Assembly (NCBI GenBank): GCA_951406725.2
Contig: OX597819.1
Location: 101,680,001 to 101,744,000, forward strand
Length of the DNA: 64,000 nucleotides
Direction: 5' to 3'
From: Octopus vulgaris
Taxonomy: Eukaryota
In this document: piece after piece, positions 53,637-64,000 of the stretch
How the letters are laid out: every line of letters begins with the position of its first letter
Numbering within the stretch: the stretch's first letter is position 1
The notes under the pieces: generated by a model
The model's database searches: none
Told to the model about the DNA's origin: nothing
The model's input: the letters and a program-made list of their open reading frames with translations, nothing else
Translations under genes and position numbers: made by a program

Positions 53637-53679
<43 letters not shown>

Positions 53680-53689
53680 ATATCAGTGG

Positions 53690-54070
53690 AGGCGCAATGA
53701 CCCAGTACTTAGGGCAGTGGACTCGAGGTCATAGGATCGCAGTTTCGATTCCCAGACCGAGCGTTGTGAGTGTTTATTGAGCAAAGACACCTAAAGCTCC
53801 ACGATGTTCCGGCAGGGGGTGGTGGCGAACCCTGCTGTATTCTTTCACCACAACTTCTTTCCCTCACACTTTCTTCCTGTTTCAGTTGTACCCTGTATTT
53901 CACAGCGCCAGCCTTTTCACATTCTGTGTCACGCTGAATCCTACTGAGAACTTCGTTAAGCGTACACGTGTCTGTGGAGTGCTCTGCCACTTGTACGTTA
54001 ATTTCATAAGCAAACTGTTCCGTTGATTGGATCAACTGGAACCCTCGCCGTCGTAACCGACGGAGTGCCG
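53690..54070 (+). mobile_element. SINE with family-C head and a different 3' half
   Basis: 53690-53880 matches 17262-17445; the rest (…GTACACGTGTCTGTGGAGTGCTC…CGTAACCGACGGAGTGCC) does not. Confidence 0.8.
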
Positions 54071-54076
54071 TAGTAA

Positions 54077-54108
<32 letters not shown>

Positions 54109-54605
54109 GTTGCATATATATGATACATTTGTAATGCAAAAACAGATTGCAATAGCCAATAAAATATATAAAATTTATTCTTTCTTTGCGGCCTAGTGCC
54201 AAATGATGCAGTGTTCGGTACTGCTCCGCAGTCAGATGGATGAGGCCCTGCACTGACAGGGTACATGTTCGTAAAAGAAAAGAATGTAATGCGGAAGTAT
54301 AGGTTGGGATGAAAAATGGTAGAATGTGAGCGATGGCACGTATTTGGAAAAACAGAAAACAAAGATCATCTGTATATAAACAACAAATTCAGATAAGCAT
54401 CTAAAAGGATTTCCTTCTATGAATAAGCATCTATGATTAAGCATCTACAATGGTTTCCTCATATGAATACATCAAATAAACTTTACCAAAATTCAGCGCG
54501 AAAGTAGAAGATACGGCGCAGCAAACGAAATGATTATGTTATATTCAACTGCATTACTGGACCAACTGAATTGTAGGAGGGTGTGAGTGTAGTCATTTGA
54601 ATACC

Positions 54606-55209
54606 TATTTCTTTACTACTCAAAAAGGGGCTAAACACAGAGAGGACAAACATGGACAGACAAACGGATTAAGTCGATTATATCGACCCCAGTTTTAACT
54701 GGTACTTATTTCATCGACCCCGAAAGAATGAAATGCAAAGTCGACCTCGGCGGAATTTGAACTCAGAACGTAGCGGCAGACGAAATACCAATTTTTTTAC
54801 TACCCACAAGGGGCTAAACATAGATGGGGAGAAACAAGGACAGACATAGGTATTAAGTCGATTACATCGACCCCAGTGCATAATTGGTACTTAATTTAAA
54901 GACCCCGAAAGGATGAAAGGCAAAGTCGACCTCGGCGGAATTTGAACTCAAAACGTAGCGGCAGACGAAATACCTATTTCATTATTACCCACAAGGGGCT
55001 AAACATAGATGGGGAGAAACAAGGACAGACATAGGTATTAATTCGATTACATCGACCCCAGTGCATAACTGGTACTTAATTTAAAGACCCCGAAAGGATG
55101 AAAGGCAAAGTCGACCTCGGCGGAATTTGAACTCAGAACGTAGCGGCAGACGAATTACCGGTAAGCATTTCGCCTTGCGTGCTAATGATTCTGCCAGCTC
55201 GCCGCCTTC
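54606..55209 (-). mobile_element. SINE family D trimer (one head, three ~183-bp bodies)
   Basis: Three tandem units; 17-bp direct repeat GTAGTCATTTGAATACC at 54589-54605 and 55210-55226. Confidence 0.92.
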
Positions 55210-55563
55210 GTAGTCATTTGAATACCAAGATTTCAACGTATTTCTTCTGCAATATAACTTTCGCTATATCGTTATGTAATAGTCGCCGAGTGCCCGGTTC
55301 TCTGAATAACAGCTGAACCAACTTAAAATAAATGCATGGATATGCATGCATATATTCGCACAATATGTAAGAGAATAAAACCTCGATATTTACTTATTAA
55401 AGGTTACAATAACTAGATGTTTACTCAAGATTTTTCGCATGCTGGCACAGGTCCGTGGAGAAAACTGTTTTGTTGTGTGTCAATGTGTGTTTGTGTGTGT
55501 TTATGTATATACACATGCACCTTTATATGTATATATATGCATGTATTCATATGTATGTATATG

Positions 55564-55740
<177 letters not shown>

Positions 55741-55933
55741 TGTATGAATGCATGTATATACGCACGTATGTATGTGTGTATGTATGTACGTGTCTATATC
55801 TAGCTAGCTAGCTGTGAGCTTTTCTGTTACTAACAGTATTTAAAATGATTGTTAGATTATATACACTTGTGATGTGTGTTTATATACATACACATACATA
55901 CATACATACATACATACATACATACGTACATAC

Positions 55934-56011
<78 letters not shown>

Positions 56012-56704
56012 GTATATATATATATATAGTTAATCCAAACAAGAAAGCACAAAAAAACACAACGCGTGGACGCTATATATATATATAAGTATATGTATGT
56101 AAGTGTGTGTGTACACACAGACACACAGACTCACAAGCATGTAGACACATATGCATACACATTCGATAGACACACGCAGACATTTTATGCAGAATGATAA
56201 TTACATAATAATATCATGATACACATTTGCCACAATAATTTCCAACATTTTAACCAAAATGATAAATAAAGACATAAAATGATTAAAAATAAAAATAAAA
56301 TAAAAAGAGTGCGAGATTAAATAAATAAATATAAGAAAATGGTGATTAAATATAGAGAAACTACACCGGTAAATCAAAGGAAAGACAGGGTGGAAAAAAT
56401 TAAAAACAAATATTATAATAAGTAAATGACAAACTCGTGTAAAAAATCCGATTCTAATATCAGTCATTTCTGAAGGCACGAGTAAGTGTAATTATAACTG
56501 TATCAGTCACTGTACTTTCCTATGAACACAGCAGAAACAATTTCACCTGTACAAAATAATCCCTTTAGATCTATATACATTATGATTAATCACACCTGTA
56601 TACATAGAACGTTTACTCTCGAATAGACGCAGTGACCGCCACCAACAGGTATATATTAAGACGGTTAAGGTCACCTACACGACTGTAGGTATGGTATTTT
56701 CTTC

Positions 56705-56738
<34 letters not shown>

Positions 56739-56826
56739 CTCTTTCTTTATTTCTTTCTTTCTTCAGCCTCCACCCCCGATGTAACCGGATATTTGTACGC
56801 ACTTTGACATACATGCTCGAGAGTAC

Positions 56827-56873
<47 letters not shown>

Positions 56874-56993
56874 TGAGTGTAGATATGTGCATGTATGAAT
56901 GTATATATATAATTATAAATATGCGTGTGTGTATATATATATTTATGTATGTGTGTATAAATATATATATATATATATATATAAAAATATAAG

Positions 56994-57042
<49 letters not shown>

Positions 57043-57112
57043 ATGTGTGTGTGTGTGTGAGTGTATGTACTGAACTTTTGATTATATTGGCATATATATA
57101 TATATATATATA

Positions 57113-57447
57113 AAAAACTTAGAAAAACTTAGATATGTTTCGACCAGAGATTGGTCCAGGCCATGTCTAACTTAATAGCACCACCTGATAGGATTATTCG
57201 AATCCTGTTTAAGTCAAGTTTTGTTCAAGTAGTGAGTTCTTGTTGGGTGAGTTGTATCCAGTTTTGTTCAAGTAGTGAGTTCTTGTTGGGTGAGTTGTAT
57301 CCAATTATGGGTGGCTTGTCTGGTATTCTTTGAAGGAATCTATCCAGACTCTGTTTGAAGTTGATGGGATCCTTTTCCTCTTTGATCTCCCTCGGGACAA
57401 TGTTAAATAGGGCAGGGCCTGTTGAGGAAAAGAAATTATGTTGCAGA
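57113..57447 (-). mobile_element. 3' end of a CR1-clade LINE
   Basis: Encodes [50 protein letters not shown]; 3' hairpin GACCA-ATCTC-TGGTC and CTAAGTTTTT tail repeats; 43-bp tandem duplication 57217-57302. Confidence 0.82.
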
Positions 57448-57448
57448 A

Positions 57449-57548
<100 letters not shown>

Positions 57549-58284
57549 GACAAACAGACAAACTTCCACACACAGACACACAGACATATATATTTATATA
57601 TCTGGTCTATCACGTATTACACGATATTACAGCTCCTAACATTGATGTGTGTATATTGATATGGATACATACATAGACACATACAACGACATATCGCATG
57701 CGCATACATACACACGAGGACCAAAAATTCCAAATAAAAATATGAATATACATCTAACCCACAATTATCAATATATGTATGCACACACCCAAATACAAAC
57801 ACACACACACACACATTTATATTTGCATACATTCAAATATGTGTATATAACACACGCGCGCACACTCTGCCTCACGGACTTATATACATACAGACACGCA
57901 CTTATGTGGCATAATCGGTAGAACCTCGATGTCTTGTACTATTTAGCGGCAGCCCTTTAAAAGTAAGCTCAAATCACGCCGATGTCGATCTTGCTTTCAT
58001 CCTACATTGGATCGATAAAATATATACATGCGATAAACTATATACCCACTATACGCTATTTTATGTATTTAGTTAAATACTGGATATCACACTTCTTTAG
58101 TAAACCAGAAATATTTTTCATCGAAATAAAATAGGGAAGTCACACTGTTAACGTCAATGATAATTTTTGTCTTTAAAACAGGGGAGTAAACTCTGAAATT
58201 AATATACTGCTAAATGATTTTAGGCATTACATGTTAAGTCAACTATAATCATGAGTGTGTGTGAGTATACATATAGTTAGCTAG

Positions 58285-58398
<114 letters not shown>

Positions 58399-58708
58399 GG
58401 ATAGATAGATCCATAATATTGGCAAATGTATAAGAATATGCATTATCAGTTTAATTGAAAATTTCTATATGTGGCTGAAGATTGCTTGACATTTTAAAAC
58501 TGATGTAATACCTAGAGTGTTTAATAAAATGAAGTAGCATGAAACAATTGTACTACACTACCTTGGATATCTTTGTTGCTTATTTTGATTATAATCACCC
58601 CGTTTGATTTATATGGATAATACCATACTAAATTCTGGTGACTTTAACTTAAGTACCATATTCATCTGAATCTTAATTTTGTTGAACTTATATATATATA
58701 TCTATCTA

Positions 58709-58799
<91 letters not shown>

Positions 58800-59012
58800 A
58801 GCAGGCTACCATAACTTTTGAGCAAACCATAAATAAGATTCAACCAATTGAAAAGAAAGATCTCGTGATAAAAAGACACGCTATTAGCCTTAATGACAAT
58901 GCTTGTAAAGAAAAGCAAGGGCTGTAGCATCAAATTGATATAAGGTTAAGAAATAATTGTAGGCATGTATTAGGTTTTTAGCTTCATCTTTGATTAGTAT
59001 TATGTCCATTCT

Positions 59013-59575
59013 GAACAATTCGACTTTACCTTTCATCTTTTCTGGGTCGGTATAATAAGTACCAACTGAGCACTCGGGTCGTTGTAATCAACTTACACCT
59101 TCTCCGAAATTGCTGGTTTTGTGCTAGAATTTCAAACCATTATTAATAAACTTCCTAAGGTGGTAAGCAGTCAAAATTGATAGCACACCAGAAAAAATGC
59201 TTTGCGGCAATTCGCCCATTTGTACGTTCTGAGTTCAAACTCCACCGAGGTCAATTTTACATTCTATCCTTTCGGAATCGATAAAATAAGTACCAGTTGA
59301 ATACTTGGGTCGACGTAATCCCCTGCTCCACAGTTTCAAGCAATGTGCTTATACTACAAAATATTGTAATCAAGCTTCCTAAGACAGCGAGCTGACAGAA
59401 TCGTTAGCATGGCGGGCGAAATGCTTGATGGCATTTCGTCCGTCTTTATATTCTAAGCTCGAAAGTTCTCCTAGGTGGACTTTTCCTTCCATCATTTCGG
59501 GGTTGGTAAAACAAGTATCAATTGAGCACTGGTGTGGATGTGATCGACTAATCCCCTCCCTTGAAATTGTAGGTC
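59013..59575 (+). mobile_element. Head-to-tail cluster of three degenerate SINE family D copies
   Basis: CTTT..CTTTCATC..TTC.GG.TCG.TA..ATAAGTACCA core recurs near 59025, 59255 and 59480. Confidence 0.75.
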
Positions 59576-59625
59576 ATTTGTATATTTCCATTTATCTGAA
59601 TGTGTATGTGTGTGTATGTGGGTGT

Positions 59626-59668
<43 letters not shown>

Positions 59669-59721
59669 CGAGAGTGAAGTAGAGAAAAAGGGAGATAGTG
59701 AGAGTGTATGCTAAAATATGA

Positions 59722-59960
59722 AGACGCATGGCTCAGTGACTTGAACATCGGGTTTACAATCAGCTATAGAAATGAGTTGTGATGTCACTGGTGCCAAACT
59801 ATATCGGCCTTTGCCTTTCCCCTGGATAACATCGATGGCGTGGATTGGGGAGGCTGGTATGCATGGACGAGAGCCGGTCTTTCATAAAAACTAACTTGTC
59901 CGGAATTGTACCTCGGAGGCTAACTTTCTAAGTGGAAAACCCATGGCCATTCATAACATA
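59722..59960 (+). mobile_element. SINE family B with internal deletion
   Basis: GACGCATGGCTCAGTG head joined to CAGCTATAGAAATGAGTTG..GTCACTGGTGCCAA body. Confidence 0.8.
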
Positions 59961-60394
59961 AAGGATTGCTAACTCTTTGCCTTTGTGTTAAAAATCTCTG
60001 TGCGAAAACGTATTTGTACTCATATATCTGCTAACAAAGCATAAAGCCCAACATTATAAGGTCTAGCATGATGTGATGTTTGCAATTCCTTTCATTTGGG
60101 AAATGCAAGAATATACTTATTCTATTATTCCTATGTTTTTATAAGTTACTATAATTCATTGCTACTTCAGTAAACGTTACAATTCCACAGACATACATGC
60201 GATAAAAAAAAATTACACAAGTAAGACACGCAACTGAAGTGAACCTTTGAAAACTGACATTGAAAATACATTTGTATTTTCTTTATGTTAGTAATTAAAT
60301 GTAAGAAATTGAAAATCCCATCAGCAGTCAATTATCTTCAGACGAAAAGAACAACCTCACTTTTATTCTATAGCCTTGTAAGTGCGTGTTAAGA

Positions 60395-61085
60395 TGGTGA
60401 GTTGGTAAAGGCGTTATAATGACGTTTTCAGTACCTTGTGATATTCGCCAGAGCATTTTGGATTCCGAGTTCAAATACTGCCAAAGACAGATTTGGTGTT
60501 TATTCTTTTGATGTGTCAATAACTACAAATGCCTGTCCAGTACTTGAGTCGATTATTCTTAACGTGGTTATCAGACCTGAAAATAGATGGACTCTGCCAG
60601 AATTAAAATACCCACGGTACGCTGTTTGTAACCTCGGTGCAGGCTGGACTTATCAGGATTTAAGGGTCCGAGGAATGGAGTAAGTTGTGGAACATACTTT
60701 ACTGAGGAAGATAAAATATTAATCGTTACTGCTATATACAAATGACCTACTAATGGTTACAAATTTTGACACAGGGCCAATAGTTTTTGAGGGATGCAGC
60801 TGATTTTATCGACCTCAGTACTTGACTGCTACTTATTTCATTAATCCCGAAAGAATGAAAAGAGAAATCAACATCTGCGGCATGTCGCTAAGCATTTTAT
60901 CCGGCGTGCCAACGCTTCTGTCAACTCACTGGCTTCATATGAGTTAATTCAGATTCCTACAGTAGGTACAAGGCCTTAAATTTGGTGGGGCTATGAGAGG
61001 GAGTCTAATCGATTATACCTCTCAGTACGCGACTGCTACTCAATTTCATCGATCTCGAAAGAATAAAAGGCAAAGTCGATCTTTG
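60395..61085. mobile_element. Several degenerate SINE family D fragments (60395-60560 +; 60755-60935 and 60965-61085 -)
   Basis: GAGTTCAAATACTGCC; CGAAAGAATGAAA; CCGGCGTGCCAACGCTTCTGTCAACTC. Confidence 0.6.
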
Positions 61086-61095
61086 CGAAAGGCAG

Positions 61096-61497
61096 ATAAC
61101 TTCAGTAGAAAAAACCAGGATGTCCTTGTCAGCTGCATGAGGCGCAAGTTGTCCGGTTTGGGTGGTCTGCCCTACGAGGTTTACGTGAGTATGCCATTTA
61201 TGACTTATTTATGACTTATTCTCCGATCTCCTCGAAGCGCTCTACTGCAAATGGCATCAGAACGAGATTATTCCCAATTCTATGAGCAGGAGCGTAGTGA
61301 TGCTGATAAGGAAAGACGTAAACAAAAGGGACACATTAGATAACTTCAGGCCCATAACTCTGCTCAACACAGTGTTTAGGATTTTGGCCAAGATGTTAGC
61401 GAAGAGGTAGGCGCTTGTCGCCGAGGATTTGGTTGGGGAAGCGCAAACCAGCGCAATGCCGACTAGGTCCACACACGAAAACCGCCACAACATGGTG
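61096..61497 (+). pseudogene. L1/Tx1-clade reverse transcriptase N-terminal fragment
   Basis: KLSGLGGLPYEVY (KSPGxDGLPxEFY-like) then IPNSMSRSVVMLIRK..DNFRPITLLNTVFRILAKMLAKR*..LVGEAQT. Confidence 0.85.
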
Positions 61498-61894
61498 TAT
61501 ATGGGCAACTACTGGTTTCCCGCAAATAACCTTGCCTGGACTTTTTCCTCAGAGAGGAACTTTCTTGGTGTAATACAATGGTCATTGGTGACCGATGGAG
61601 ATCTTTACTTGAATTAGAATGGATCTAAATAGATCAGGAGACAGAAAAACACATCATTATAAACTGATTCCGTGGAGCGAACAACGAGCCTATTACATGC
61701 TAGGCGACACGTTATATCGATGCCATTCATCGCAATCACAGATTAGGACTTACCACTTGGTTCAGGTCGTTGATCTCTTTCAAATGCGCAATTACATACA
61801 TCAAACTGCTTATACACATTTACTTCTAACTAGGACATTTAAGAGCTCGATACTTATGCGTAGGTGTTATGTGGATGCATGTGTGAGTGTTTTT

Positions 61895-61934
<40 letters not shown>

Positions 61935-62249
61935 ATTTTCTATCTAATTGTATTTAACTTCGTGCGTGTCTGCGTGTATACATACATAGACACGCATATT
62001 TGTTTGCATGCCTGTATGGATGTATAAACACACACGCACACACACACACATAAATATATACACATTATCTCCTTTCCCTCCCTCTCTGTCTCTCCCTCTC
62101 TCTATATATATATATACAAACATATATACATACACATATATATATATATGTGTATGTATGTATGTATGTATGTATATATGTACGTATGTATATATGTGTG
62201 TTTGTATATATATACGCATGCATGTGTGTATACATACATACATACATAC

Positions 62250-62305
<56 letters not shown>

Positions 62306-62699
62306 ACACACACATGCATGCGTTTAAGTGTTCAAAAGAAAAGAAAAAGACTGAGTGTGTATGCGTGCAAGTGTAGATGTGTGAGGCCTACAATTATGTT
62401 GTGTCCTAAGTGTGTATATTAGAACGAGCTGGTTTATGTCCGACAGTCAACATCAACAGAGATTTACTGAGAGAACACTTCAAAGGAAACAAGGATGTCA
62501 TTAAAAATTCTCTTAATTTCATTTTCTGCTGTTGAAGTGAAGCGTTCCATGCTGAGTGGCTTTAAATGAGAGGACAAAGCGAAGAACAACGGCGTGGGGA
62601 TAGGGGGAAGGAGGTGATAAGGGTGTGGTATGGCTGGAGAGGGATGTTTACTAAATAGATAGATAGACACACAGGGAATAGATAGATAGATTAATTGAT

Positions 62700-62734
<35 letters not shown>

Positions 62735-63162
62735 ATAAATAAATAGATAGATAGATAGATAGATAGATACATACATACATACATACATACATACATACAT
62801 ACATACATAGAAGATAGATAAATAGATATATATATATATAGATAAATAGATGGATAGATAGACAGGTAGTTTGGTAGAGAGCGAGTAAGAGAGAGAGTTT
62901 AATCAGGTGTATGTAGATGTGTTTGTGAGTGTGAGTTCGATTTATAATGGAGAAAAACGTATTGAACATATCATAAAGTATAAATATTTAATGTACTCTA
63001 CTGAAGCCTTCTTTCGAGTACATTCGAGTACATTGCACACGCACTCACGCACATACACACATGCATACGTACATACATGCTTACGTACAAACATGCGTTC
63101 ATAACATACATTTTCATAACATACATGCGTGTGTTGTGTGTGTGTTGATAATGGAAGTCTTA

Positions 63163-63540
63163 GGCGTAGGCGTGGTTATGTGGTAAGAAGGTTGCCTCCC
63201 AACCACATGGTTCCGGTTTCACGGTTTCAGTTCCATTGCGTGGCACATTGGGCACGTGTGTTTCGCAATTGCCTCGTAAGCCCGTCGTGTATATGTATAT
63301 GTATGTGTGTGTGTGTGTGTGTGTGTGTATAATACATATACATGTATGTAATACATATCTATGTGTATTTAATACATATATATGTACGTGTGTGTCCTTT
63401 CTTAACTTTACGGTTCGGCAAATATACCGATAAAATAAGTACTATGTTTAAATAAAATAAGTCCTCGTGTCGATTTGCTTTAACTCTTCACTGCGGTGCC
63501 CCAGCATGGCCGCGGTCAAATGACTCAAAGAAGTAAAAGA
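63163..63540 (+). mobile_element. SINE family A, degenerate
   Basis: GGCGTAGGCGTGGTTATGTGGTAAG head; CGGTGCCCCAGCATGGCCGCGGTCAAATGAC tail. Confidence 0.8.
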
Positions 63541-63947
63541 TCTCTCTCACTCCCTCTGTCTTTGATTCTCTCTCTCCCTCTGTGTATGTGTGTGCAAGTT
63601 TGTGTGTGTGTGTGTGTGTGTAAGTTTATGTGTGTGTCTGTGTATATGTGCGCGCGCGTGTGCATGTGTCTTTGTGCCTTGCTTGCCCCCACCCAACCAC
63701 CTGAAAACCGGTGTTTGTGCATTTAAGTCTCCGTAATGCAGAAGACCGGCCAAAGAGACCGAGATGCTTTTTCATTTAATAAATGATCTGTAGAATCGTT
63801 AGAGCGTAAGACAAAATTACGTGTGATATTTTTGTTGCTTAATTTAACATTAAATTTTCTGTGGTCGGGAAAATATAGTATGCTATTTGGATTGATATAA
63901 ACGACTGTTCCCTTCTCTGAAATTTCAAGCCTAATATTTATATAAGA

Positions 63948-64000
63948 CTAGCAGTATCGCCCGGCGTTGCTCAGGTTTGTAAGGGAAATAACTATATAAG
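63948..64000 (-). mobile_element. Probable Helitron 3' terminus (runs off the window)
   Basis: Minus strand ends GC-rich hairpin CCTGAGCAACGCCGGG, short spacer, CTAG followed by T. Confidence 0.55.

Noticed and set aside
57130-57165. Hairpin followed by GAAAC on the minus strand
   Set aside because: Lacks the CUGANGA strand; better explained as the CR1 3'-UTR stem-loop.

Overview
Eukaryotic, AT-rich, extremely microsatellite-dense non-coding DNA. The SINE families resemble those I recall from octopus (coleoid cephalopod) genomes; that assignment is an inference, not a database result. I can support no host protein-coding exon, tRNA, rRNA or CRISPR array, and almost all ORFs in the track are translations of (TA)n, (CA)n, (TCTA)n, (TATG)n or (ATT)n tracts. 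The window is a patchwork of mobile-element remains: a full-length frameshifted mariner (25401-26691), several deleted Tc1/mariner elements and five copies of a mariner-derived MITE, L1/Tx1 and CR1 LINE fragments, about 30 copies of four or more tRNA-headed SINE families, foldback elements and a Helitron end. Most notable are (1) five minimal hammerhead-ribozyme motifs of the Penelope-like-element type, several with a CCGANGA core and next to long hairpins; (2) a stack of three ~560-bp non-coding elements, each inserted in a (TAA)n tract; (3) a SINE trimer under one 17-bp target-site duplication, with tail-to-head junctions. Coordinates of degenerate repeats are approximate and identities are estimated by eye.
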